Made by a program: the position numbers and the translations under genes
Notes under the pieces: model-generated
Database searches by the model: none
The model's input: only the letters and a program-made list of their open reading frames with translations
What the model was told of the DNA's origin: nothing
Virus record (IMG/VR): IMGVR_UViG_3300021091_005330
Span: 13,652-77,651 of that record
Length of the DNA: 64,000 nt
Source of the DNA: a virus
Reading direction: 5' to 3' (one strand)
Part shown: positions 48,710 through 56,882 of the stretch, piece after piece
Layout: each line of letters opens with the position of its first letter
Numbering within the stretch: position 1 is the first letter of the stretch

Positions 48710-48784
48710 CTATTTAATTCTCTCTTTTAAATAAAGTATATAAAGCAACACAACACCACATAATAGCCAAGAAGATATACTCAT
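48710..48784 (-). CDS. 24-aa single-TM micropeptide
   Basis: MSISSWLLCGVVLLYILYLKERIK*, 9 nt after a minus-strand GTGTAA. Confidence 0.45.
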   Translation of the reverse strand: MSISSWLLCGVVLLYILYLKERIK

Positions 48785-48842
48785 ACCTATAACTTACACA
48801 TAGAAATTATTGATTTTCTATGGTTACGATAATATAATTATT

Positions 48843-49733
48843 ATGAATTTAGAACTTCTTAAAAATCATCCATATATTTCGCCAGATATAAAAATAGAAA
48901 GATTTAATAGCCCATACAATTATATTGTAATAGATAATTTATTTAAAGAAGAAATATACAACTCAATGTGCGAACTATTTCCTAAATATATTGATCGCCA
49001 GAAAAAGCCAGCAGGAAAAATAGGAGACAGCGAAAGATTTTACAATGCTCTTATATATTCTATGAAAGAAGAAGATTGCAAAGGCGGATATGATTTTTTT
49101 ACAAGTGAAATATGGAAAGATTTTATAGCAGAAACTTTTGGATTAATATTAAATCAACATACTGCATATTCTTTGCATTTTCATAATGGATCTCCAGAAA
49201 CTCCTTCTAAAAGCGGTTGGCCTCATGGAGATATAGCTGTTTGCTCTGTTATAGATGATCCATCTAAAAAGATTAAAATAGCAGCGCATGATTGCATATA
49301 TGATGAAGACACAGAAGATCTTCAACCTCACACCAATAAAGTTGTAAGACAAGTTGCGCTCTTGTATTATTTTAATAACAAAAAAGACTTACAAGAAGGA
49401 GATGGTGGAGGTACTGGCGTTTATACTTCTTATGATGAAGAAAGTCTTGTAAAAGAAGTTAAACCAATTAATAATCGTATATTTGCTTTCGAAGTGTGCC
49501 CACATTCTTATCATGGATTTATTGGAGCAAAGTTTGATAGATCATCTATAGTTCAATGGTTTCACTCAAGCCCTTCTTACTTTTTATATAGAAATTTGGC
49601 GGGGATGAAAAACAGAGTTAAGAACAACTTAGAGTTTTTTGAAAGATGGAAGAAGGGTACGCTTTGGAATATTGAAAAAGATCCTTACTATTTTAAATAT
49701 TTTAATAGTAGTTTAAAAGAGTTGTTAAAGTGA
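48843..49733 (+). CDS. 2OG-Fe(II) oxygenase
   Basis: PY.YIVIDN, GWPHGD, R.VA.LYY.N, GGGT..Y, P.NNR...F....SYHG, R.S..QW; start MNLE after TTGATT-N17-TATAAT. Confidence 0.85.
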   Translation: MNLELLKNHPYISPDIKIERFNSPYNYIVIDNLFKEEIYNSMCELFPKYIDRQKKPAGKIGDSERFYNALIYSMKEEDCKGGYDFFTSEIWKDFIAETFGLILNQHTAYSLHFHNGSPETPSKSGWPHGDIAVCSVIDDPSKKIKIAAHDCIYDEDTEDLQPHTNKVVRQVALLYYFNNKKDLQEGDGGGTGVYTSYDEESLVKEVKPINNRIFAFEVCPHSYHGFIGAKFDRSSIVQWFHSSPSYFLYRNLAGMKNRVKNNLEFFERWKKGTLWNIEKDPYYFKYFNSSLKELLK

Positions 49734-50446
49734 AAAAAGACATTATTATTGTAGATGATTTTTATGAAAATCCAATTGAAGTAAGGCAGTATGCTTTAAA
49801 AGAATTAAGAGAAAAAGCGTATCGTCCATATAACGATGAACCTTCTAGTTGGTTTGCCACACCTTTTAAAGAATCCAAAGACTGTCCTTTTAAAAGTTCA
49901 AAAGAACTTATATCTAAGTTGGAATTTTTAATAGGAGAAACCATAGATTTAGAACATTGGAATAGTACTTTTGATCCATATTTTAATGGAGAGGTCTCTT
50001 CAAAAAGCACTAGATGGAATTGTTGTTTTCATTTTAAGCCTATTTGTCCTACAGAAAAACCTGGAAATAGAGTACATACTCATTGTGTTAATCCTAAGAA
50101 TAGCTGGAATAACGTAGGATATAAAAATTGGGCAGGACTAATTTATTTAAATCCTTTACAGCCTTTGAATGCGGGCTTAATGAATTTTACACACATTCAT
50201 GGAAAAGAAATGAATAATAAAGAATATATGTTTACGGATGTGCCTATAAATCCAGAATCTAGATGGAAATGGGTAGATTCATTTGGAGCAGTTTTTAATA
50301 GGTTGATTTTAGAAAGATCAGACATACCTCATCAAGGAGCTAACGGGTTCTCAAATGACTTAGAGGAAGGAAGACTATTTCAAACATTCTTTTTTAAGAC
50401 TATAAATAAATTAGAAGAAAAAGCAGTAGAAATTAAATGTTTTTAG
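49730..50446 (+). CDS. DUF6445-like 2OG-Fe(II) oxygenase
   Basis: IIIVDDFYENP..VR.YAL, WAGLIYLNP, FNRLIL.....PH, GRL.QTFF. Confidence 0.75.
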   Translation: MKKDIIIVDDFYENPIEVRQYALKELREKAYRPYNDEPSSWFATPFKESKDCPFKSSKELISKLEFLIGETIDLEHWNSTFDPYFNGEVSSKSTRWNCCFHFKPICPTEKPGNRVHTHCVNPKNSWNNVGYKNWAGLIYLNPLQPLNAGLMNFTHIHGKEMNNKEYMFTDVPINPESRWKWVDSFGAVFNRLILERSDIPHQGANGFSNDLEEGRLFQTFFFKTINKLEEKAVEIKCF

Positions 50447-50907
50447 CGTGTTTTTTATTTTTGTATTTATTTTTTTTTGTAATCTTTGTTTTAAAAGATG
50501 TTTTATTTATTAAAACATTTATTTCTCCTAAGATATTTATTTTTTTAGATAAAATTCGTTTATTTTCTACGTGGGATTTATTTATAGGCATGGGGCCTAT
50601 GTATTACGATATAAAAATAACAGCTCTTTCAAATAAAAAAACGTATATATGGTATTTAAGAGATACAAAAAATATTGGAGATACTGTAATAAATTCTGGG
50701 GCTTCAAGACTGACTATTTGTTTTTATTATAAACAATATTTTTCTTTTTTTCTTAATAATTATTTTTTAGAAAATATAACTAAATATTTAAAAAATAAAT
50801 CAGAAGAATTAATTTATTTTAAAATAGAAGAAATATGGTATGACCCTTATTCTTCTAACGAAATAAAAGATAGATCAAATTTAATATTTGATTCTAAGCT
50901 TAAATGA
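50437..50907 (+). CDS. SdpA/DUF5819-like membrane protein
   Basis: N-terminal TM, then L.STWDLF (cf. Q.W.MF); directly precedes the HTTM gene. Confidence 0.5.
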   Translation: MFLACFLFLYLFFFVIFVLKDVLFIKTFISPKIFIFLDKIRLFSTWDLFIGMGPMYYDIKITALSNKKTYIWYLRDTKNIGDTVINSGASRLTICFYYKQYFSFFLNNYFLENITKYLKNKSEELIYFKIEEIWYDPYSSNEIKDRSNLIFDSKLK

Positions 50908-51761
50908 ATCTTATAGATATATATAATTTCTTTTTTAATTATCAGATAGAAAGTTCTTTTGCGGCTTTTTTAAGAGTTATAACTTGTGGATATGCAACCG
51001 CTTTTATTGGGTGGTCAATTAAAGATGTTTTATTTTTCTCTCATCCAAATAAAATATTTAGTGGTGAAAATTATATAAGATTTTGTAAAGAAAAATATCC
51101 ACAAATATCTCTTTTTAATATTTTTCCTAATTCAATTGTGGCTTATAAAATAATAGTTTTTTGTTGTTTTCTTTTCGGTATATTTTCTACCCTAGGTTTT
51201 ATTACAAATCTTTCTGTTTTATTATTTACTATATTTTTTATATCTTTACAAAGCAGAATTCTTCCTATTATATTTACTGGAGGAGATGTTGTGGTAAGAG
51301 TTTTACTTGTAGCTTTATTTTTTATTGATTGTGGTTCTAGATATTCTTTAGATCATTTATTAAACATTTCTACAGATCAGCAAGCGGTGAATGGTTTTGG
51401 AGCTAGACTAGTTCAACTAACTATAGTGTTTGGATACTTTTTATCTGGATTCGCTAAATTAAAAGATAATTTTTGGGTAAGTGGAGAAGCTTTTAAAAAT
51501 GCTATGCATTCTGTTTTGTGGTCTAGAAGAATATGCCTAGACTTATTCAAAAGAAAATTTATATATTTACCATTAAATTATTCAGTATTATTTTTTGAAT
51601 TTTTTGCCCCGATTCTTTTTGCTTTAAAAGAGACAAGAGTATTTGCTATATTCTTTGGAATATTGTTACATCTAGGCATTATAATATTCATGAGAATAGG
51701 TTTTTTCGGTCCAATTATGCTTATTGCTCTTATGTATTTCTGCAATAGTTTCTTTAAATAA
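50904..51761 (+). CDS. HTTM-domain membrane protein (SdpB / vitamin K-dependent carboxylase-like)
   Basis: Multiple TMs; GGD, SLD, RL.Q....Y..SG.AKL....W.SG.A, E, G..LH.GI...M.IG.F...M. Confidence 0.8.
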   Translation: MNLIDIYNFFFNYQIESSFAAFLRVITCGYATAFIGWSIKDVLFFSHPNKIFSGENYIRFCKEKYPQISLFNIFPNSIVAYKIIVFCCFLFGIFSTLGFITNLSVLLFTIFFISLQSRILPIIFTGGDVVVRVLLVALFFIDCGSRYSLDHLLNISTDQQAVNGFGARLVQLTIVFGYFLSGFAKLKDNFWVSGEAFKNAMHSVLWSRRICLDLFKRKFIYLPLNYSVLFFEFFAPILFALKETRVFAIFFGILLHLGIIIFMRIGFFGPIMLIALMYFCNSFFK

Positions 51762-51762
51762 T

Positions 51763-52368
51763 ATGAAAAAAATATTAGTTTTAGGTGGCACGAAGTTTAT
51801 AGGTAAAAACTTTGTTGAATACATAATTAAACATCAAAGTCATTTATACGAAGTTATTCTTGCTAACAGAATGATATCGAATAAAGACGCTTTTCCTGAT
51901 TTGGAATCAATATATTTGGACAGAGAAGACCCTAGATCTTTTAAAGCATCTTTAAAAGAAAAAAAATATGATTTTGTAGTTGATTTTTGCGGATATACTT
52001 ATTCAAATATAGAAAACATAGCGACTTTTTTTAATTTTAATAAATATATTTTTATATCTTCTAGTGCTGTAGAGCATTTGGATGTAATTAAAGCTAGTAA
52101 TGATAAAAACTCTTTAATATACGCAATTAATAAACAAGCAGCGGAAAATTATATTATTAGAAACATATCAAACTATGCAATAATTAGACCATGCTATGTG
52201 GTTGGAGAAGATGATTATACAGATAGATTTTTAAAATTAAAAGATAATTATTATATATGGAAAGAAACGAAAGTTCCTCTTAGATATTTTATTCCATCAA
52301 ATATATTAGCAGAGTTAATACATAAAGAAATTCAAAGAGAAGAGAATAAAATTATTAATCCATGCTAA
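51763..52368 (+). CDS. atypical SDR / NAD-dependent epimerase family protein
   Basis: KILVLGGTKFIG, D.VVDF..Y, YIFISS, YAINK, IRP.YV.G. Confidence 0.85.
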   Translation: MKKILVLGGTKFIGKNFVEYIIKHQSHLYEVILANRMISNKDAFPDLESIYLDREDPRSFKASLKEKKYDFVVDFCGYTYSNIENIATFFNFNKYIFISSSAVEHLDVIKASNDKNSLIYAINKQAAENYIIRNISNYAIIRPCYVVGEDDYTDRFLKLKDNYYIWKETKVPLRYFIPSNILAELIHKEIQREENKIINPC

Positions 52369-52374
52369 AAATTA

Positions 52375-52407
52375 TAGCGATAGCAAGAATAGAACTTACT
52401 ATCGCTA
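52375..52407. terminator. putative bidirectional intrinsic terminator
   Basis: TAGCGATAGCAAG-loop-CTTACTATCGCTA hairpin between convergent genes. Confidence 0.6.
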
Positions 52408-52414
52408 ATTCTAA

Positions 52415-52771
52415 TTAGTCTATTTTGACTTTGTTTTGAGTCTTTTTGTTTTCCTTTTGAAAGGTAATAGTCAGCAAACCATCTTCATGTTTTGCTTTGA
52501 TTTCCGAAAGGTCAACTTTTCTTGGCAAATAAAAAGCTTTTTGGTACTTTTCTTTGCCTTCTTTTCTATTAGCTGAAATAGTAATAGAATCACTATTTGT
52601 AGAAATATCAATATTTTCTTTTTTATAACCCGCAAGAGGTACTTCTAGAATATACTGATTGTTTTCTAGACTGAATGAATGATCATTATTATTCCAATTA
52701 ACCAAAGGCTCACTAAATACTTGATCAAAAAGATCTAGTGGGCTTCGTCCATTTCTTAATGTTAGTAGCAT
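52415..52771 (-). CDS. small heat-shock protein Hsp20
   Basis: alpha-crystallin motifs LAGYKKENI.I, F.LP..VD...I.A...DGLL.IT, C-terminal VKI. Confidence 0.93.
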   Translation of the reverse strand: MLLTLRNGRSPLDLFDQVFSEPLVNWNNNDHSFSLENNQYILEVPLAGYKKENIDISTNSDSITISANRKEGKEKYQKAFYLPRKVDLSEIKAKHEDGLLTITFQKENKKTQNKVKID

Positions 52772-52807
52772 ATTTTACTATGCCCCCTTTCTCCTGATAT
52801 ATTATTT

Positions 52808-52823
52808 AGCAAAATTCATGCCA
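52808..52823 (-). promoter_or_regulatory. sigma54 (-24/-12) promoter of hsp20
   Basis: TGGCAT-GAATT-TTGCT, exact GG-N10-GC spacing; AGGAG SD-like element downstream. Confidence 0.8.
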
Positions 52824-52912
52824 ACTTTTTGGCTATTTTAAATTTAAAATGCCCTTTTAAAGTTAAAAAATGAGCGTTTTTCATATAAAATAAATATATT
52901 TTATAAAGATTT

Positions 52913-52992
52913 GCGACAACTTGTCTCTGTATAATCTATTGTTTCATAAGTTTATTGGGAGACAAAAAGATCTATATGAGTCATAAAGACAC
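52913..52992. promoter_or_regulatory. three imperfect dyads, putative enhancer-binding-protein sites
   Basis: GCGAC-N5-GTCTC (52913), GAGAC-N5-GATCT (52959), GAGTC-N5-GACAC (52978), about 90-170 bp upstream of the -24 box. Confidence 0.5.
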
Positions 52993-53111
52993 ATATATTT
53001 ATAAAATAATTCTACCTAGACTATCCCTCTGGAAATTTTGTTTTATTTTTTACAAAATTTTTTTATATTTTTTAAAATTGAATTTTATTTTACAAATAAT
53101 TACTATATAGT

Positions 53112-53318
53112 ATGAAGCTATTTATTTCGAAAATATTATACTATATTGGAGATTTTATAAGTTTAACTACAATGAAATGGGGCGATGGATATGGATATTC
53201 AATATATAGACAAGTTATGTTATGGAGTTGCGATCTTGACTCTGATGGTAAAATATGGAAATATGTAAAACAAAACAGGAACAAAAGAAAAAATGATAAC
53301 AATAAAAGACATATCTAA
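53112..53318 (+). CDS. hypothetical protein
   Basis: TTGAAT-N17-TACTAT-N5-ATG upstream. Confidence 0.6.
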   Translation: MKLFISKILYYIGDFISLTTMKWGDGYGYSIYRQVMLWSCDLDSDGKIWKYVKQNRNKRKNDNNKRHI

Positions 53319-53496
53319 TCTAAAACTAAGTAAAAAACAAAAGAAAAAATTGTTAGCAAAAGGAAAACTAAGAGATCCATTTGAAATATGGGTAGATCAT
53401 CATAACCATAAATTAGAAATAATTAGAACTTGTAGTAGTTTATTGGGCGCCACAGTGTCTTCTCTAGTTTTATTAAAAGTATTTGGAGTATTATGA
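53293..53496 (+). CDS. small basic protein with C-terminal hydrophobic helix
   Basis: Coupled ORF. Confidence 0.55.
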   Translation: MITIKDISNLKLSKKQKKKLLAKGKLRDPFEIWVDHHNHKLEIIRTCSSLLGATVSSLVLLKVFGVL

Positions 53497-53801
53497 ATTG
53501 GATTAAAGTATTAAATTTTATTGATGGTATTTTTCCTGTTAAGGAAAAAGATTTAAAGCTTGGTGCTTTGTACAAGATACAAGGCGAAGAACTACCATTT
53601 AGATATATTCAATATAGTCATTTAAAAAACGCTAAGAAAAAAACATTTCATTTTAAACATCATCAATTAAAAGAATATATATTTAAAGACCTTAGCAAAG
53701 TCGAAAGAGAAGCCGACAAAGAAGAGATAAGAACATATAACTTAATAAAGGCACACGTAAATGATATCGCAAATAAAACCGCTAACATTAACTATAATTA
53801 A
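53493..53801 (+). CDS. hypothetical protein
   Basis: Coupled ORF. Confidence 0.55.
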   Translation: MNWIKVLNFIDGIFPVKEKDLKLGALYKIQGEELPFRYIQYSHLKNAKKKTFHFKHHQLKEYIFKDLSKVEREADKEEIRTYNLIKAHVNDIANKTANINYN

Positions 53802-54375
53802 TGGATCTATTGGCGGGAAGAATGGAAACACAGCATCTCTTATTAAAAAGATAAAAAAGAAAATAAATAAAATAGATCCTAGTATTAAAATAAAGATACT
53901 TCATCTTCATAAAGATTTTTATTGGCCAAAGGTTAGACACATTATCAAAGAAAGCGATGCTTTAATTTTTTCTACTGGAACCTATTGGGATAGTTGGGGA
54001 TCACCAATGCAGCAATTATTTGAAAAGATGACCGAGATTGAAGGTAAACAACATCTTCTTGGTAAACCAGCTGGAGCAATAGTAACAATGCATTCTGTGG
54101 GTGGTAAAGAAATAGCTTCGCGAATGCAAGGCGTACTATGTTCTATGGGATGTGTTTTGCCACCGTTTTCAGCTTTTGCGTATAGTTATGCAGACCATAT
54201 CGCTCATCAATCTAGGTTCATGGGCAAAAAACTTCTCGATGATGTTTGGCACATCGAAGATCTTCATGCTTTATTATGGAATATTATTGAATACACAAAA
54301 GGAAATAAAGATTGGAAAGTTTGGAATTATCTTGATACAGAAGCTTATAATCCAACTTCCGTCTGGTTGAAATAG
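53761..54375 (+). CDS. NADPH-dependent FMN reductase / flavodoxin-like protein
   Basis: IINGS....GNTA.L, SDA.IF.T.TYW, L.GKPAG.IVT....GG. Confidence 0.85.
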   Translation: MISQIKPLTLTIINGSIGGKNGNTASLIKKIKKKINKIDPSIKIKILHLHKDFYWPKVRHIIKESDALIFSTGTYWDSWGSPMQQLFEKMTEIEGKQHLLGKPAGAIVTMHSVGGKEIASRMQGVLCSMGCVLPPFSAFAYSYADHIAHQSRFMGKKLLDDVWHIEDLHALLWNIIEYTKGNKDWKVWNYLDTEAYNPTSVWLK

Positions 54376-54385
54376 GAATAAAAAA

Positions 54386-54526
54386 ATGCCAAATAAAAAG
54401 ACCGATTCTATTTATACCAATAAAAGTCAAGCTGGTAAAGGAGATCAACCTAGGAGTGTTGGAAAAAAATATTGGGATAATTTTCAAAAAATAGATTGGA
54501 AAAAGAAAAAAAATAAAAAAGTGTAA
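54386..54526 (+). CDS. 46-aa small phage protein (GKGDxPR motif; absent from the ORF track)
   Basis: MPNKK...AGKGDQPRSVGKKYWDNFQKIDWKKK*. Confidence 0.65.
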   Translation: MPNKKTDSIYTNKSQAGKGDQPRSVGKKYWDNFQKIDWKKKKNKKV

Positions 54527-54538
54527 CATATCTTAGAT

Positions 54539-55258
54539 ATGTTTGCTGTAATTGTTCCATATAGAAATAGAGAGTATTTTTTAGAAGTTTTTTTAAAAGA
54601 TGTTATAGCTTATATTAAAAACCCCGCTTTAGGTAAATACAAAAAAACTGATAAAGACTTTATAGTGATAGTAAGCGAACAAAAAGATGATTTTTTATTT
54701 AACAATGGTTTATCAAAAAATATTGGAGCCTTTTTCGCCAATCAAATAGATAAAGAGATATCTCATTTCATTTTTAATGAAGTAGACACTATACCTTTAG
54801 AACATATAGATTATTTTACTTCTGAAAATATAGTTCATTTTATGAATTTTGGCTCATGCAAAATAATTAAAGATGATTATTTTAGAGTAAATGGTTATAA
54901 TCCACTATACAATGGATGGGGTCTTGAAGATAGTGATTTTTATGAAAGACTAGATGCGTTTGATGTTCTTTATAAAAAAGAATTTTTATGGAAAGCAGGC
55001 GATGTTTCTGAAAAAAAATATAGAAATTTAGAATGGGAATATTGGGGCGCTGTAAATAGAAAAGATAAATGGGATATAAAAGAGTTCACGGATAGAAATG
55101 CAAAAATGCTTGATTTTTTTAGATCATTAAATAGAGAGACTCAAAGAAGTTGGGCTTCTATTCAAGGAGTTAATTTAGTTAATACCAAAAAAATAAAATT
55201 AGAAAATAAATTAAATAATATATATTTTATATCGTATAATAGTGCAGATTATATTTAA
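54539..55258 (+). CDS. GT7 (beta-1,4-galactosyltransferase-like) glycosyltransferase
   Basis: VIVPYRNR, EQ....FN.G...NIG, VD..P, VNGY...Y.GWG.ED.DF..R; GTGTAA 12 nt upstream. Confidence 0.85.
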   Translation: MFAVIVPYRNREYFLEVFLKDVIAYIKNPALGKYKKTDKDFIVIVSEQKDDFLFNNGLSKNIGAFFANQIDKEISHFIFNEVDTIPLEHIDYFTSENIVHFMNFGSCKIIKDDYFRVNGYNPLYNGWGLEDSDFYERLDAFDVLYKKEFLWKAGDVSEKKYRNLEWEYWGAVNRKDKWDIKEFTDRNAKMLDFFRSLNRETQRSWASIQGVNLVNTKKIKLENKLNNIYFISYNSADYI

Positions 55259-55345
55259 GGTGTGATGGCTGAGTGGTCTAAAGCAGGAGTTTACTAAACT
55301 CTCGTAGAGTAAAATCTACCGTAGGTTCGAATCCTACTCGCACCG
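55259..55345 (+). tRNA. tRNA-Ser(ACT), long variable arm
   Basis: Acceptor GGTGTGA/TCGCACC, discriminator G; D arm GCTGAGTGGTCTAAAGC; anticodon arm GGAGT-TTACTAA-ACTCT; T arm GTAGG-TTCGAAT-CCTAC; no CCA. Confidence 0.9.
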
Positions 55346-55365
55346 AGAATTGTGTAATTTACAAG

Positions 55366-55581
55366 ATGAGCGATAGAGAAAATATTTTTGCTATATGTTC
55401 AGAATTTAGCGATACCTATGGATTTGATGCGTCTGATTTAGAAAGATTGGTAGTATACACAAAATCAGAATATATAAATGAATTAAGAAATCTTTTGAAT
55501 AAACAAAGCTATAAAATATTTTCTTATCAAATTTATGGCGATGATGCCTTAATAAATTTTATTCCTAAAAAAACAGATTAA
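55366..55581 (+). CDS. hypothetical protein
   Basis: GTGTAA 8 nt upstream. Confidence 0.6.
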   Translation: MSDRENIFAICSEFSDTYGFDASDLERLVVYTKSEYINELRNLLNKQSYKIFSYQIYGDDALINFIPKKTD

Positions 55582-55590
55582 AGATTATTA

Positions 55591-55722
55591 ATTTGCGAAT
55601 AAAAAAACGCCAAATAATAAGGCGTATATTTACGAATGATTTTCTTACAAATAATCATATTTGCGAACGATTTTTTTCCAAATAAATAAAATCATATTTG
55701 CGAATCAAAAAATGCCAAATAA
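55591..55722. repeat. four copies of the 27-bp unit ATTTRCGAAY-N9-MCAAATAA
   Basis: Copies start at 55591, 55628, 55659 and 55696. Confidence 0.85.
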
Positions 55723-55905
55723 TGATAATTTCAAAAAATTTCAACTTGAAACCGCCAGAAAAAATTCTAATCCTGTGATAGGATTTTAAATACTATGATA
55801 GGATTAGCAATACTATTATAGTATTTTAATATTAATTCCTTTAAATTCAGGAATATAAATGACTTATAATATATCTTCTCTAATAGACCCACTTTTCTAA
55901 TAGGC

Positions 55906-55934
55906 TTGACTCTCTATAATATATATGGAATACT
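55906..55934 (+). promoter_or_regulatory. sigma70-like promoter, leaderless geometry
   Basis: TTGACT-N17-AATACT-N6-GTG(55941). Confidence 0.55.
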
Positions 55935-55940
55935 TAAAGA

Positions 55941-56837
55941 GTGAAAAAAGGTGTTTGTTGTATCGTTTTATCTCTAGCAGAAAAAGAAGAACCTATTAAG
56001 TTCAATACTATGACTTATGCTCGTTTCTCTGGTATGGATAGAAAAGAAGCACTTACTACCCTTTCTTCACGCATACTTAATAATATGCTTACTACATATC
56101 ACTATATCAAGTATTGTGCTGACCATAATCACGCATATAGGCTTTCATCAGATTTATTTCCTCTTATTACTTACGATAAAGCAGATGTTAAACTAGAATA
56201 TTTACCAGATTATACCCGAATACTAGCATCATTTGATAGTATCAAGAAGCTAATACAATCTACTAATGTTCGTATATCTTGTCATCCTAGTGAGTTTAAT
56301 GTTCTTGCTAGTGATAACGATAACGCAGTAGATAAAACAATCAAAGAATTAAATCACTATGGTTGGTTTATGACGCAGATTGGTTGTCCACTTAATTATG
56401 ATGCACCTATGAATATACACATACATAATGCAAAAGGAAATTTAAATGATGTAGTTAAAAAGTTTATGAGCAACTTTGACAGACTATCAGATGATGTAAA
56501 GTGTAGATTAGTTATCGAAAATGATGACAAAGATACTTGTTGGTCAGTCAAGAAACTTATGAAGTATTTTCATTCTATATCTAATATTCCTATTACCTTT
56601 GATTATCTTCATCACAAATGTCATCCAGATAATCTATCAGAAGAACAAGCGTTTCATCTTGCAAGAATTACTTGGGGAAATCATATTCCTTTATTCCACT
56701 ATTCAGAAAGTATTGTCGGACATAAAAATCCACGCAAACACGCAGATTACGCTACTCGTTTGCCAGATACATATGGACATAATGTAGATATAGATTTTGA
56801 ATTAAAAATGAAAGAACAATCCTTTGCTAATTTATAG
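55941..56837 (+). CDS. uvsE: UV-damage endonuclease
   Basis: YRLSSDLFP, RISCHP..F.VLAS, NIH, RLVIENDD, PITFDY.HH, HYSE, RKHAD, E.K.KE. Confidence 0.93.
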   Translation: MKKGVCCIVLSLAEKEEPIKFNTMTYARFSGMDRKEALTTLSSRILNNMLTTYHYIKYCADHNHAYRLSSDLFPLITYDKADVKLEYLPDYTRILASFDSIKKLIQSTNVRISCHPSEFNVLASDNDNAVDKTIKELNHYGWFMTQIGCPLNYDAPMNIHIHNAKGNLNDVVKKFMSNFDRLSDDVKCRLVIENDDKDTCWSVKKLMKYFHSISNIPITFDYLHHKCHPDNLSEEQAFHLARITWGNHIPLFHYSESIVGHKNPRKHADYATRLPDTYGHNVDIDFELKMKEQSFANL

Positions 56838-56882
56838 TTAAATATATTAGTGATATAGAAATATCAAATATATTATAATATA

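Noticed and set aside
55259-55345. Amber suppressor tRNA(CTA) and stop-codon recoding
   Set aside because: The 5-bp stem and 7-nt loop centre ACT, not CTA; conserved genes are intact in code 11 and several end in TAG or TGA
55591-55722. CRISPR mini-array, given the Cas4-like gene at 14872
   Set aside because: Variable parts are only 4-10 nt and low complexity; no cas1/cas2 or effector; stand-alone Cas4-like nucleases are common in phage replication modules
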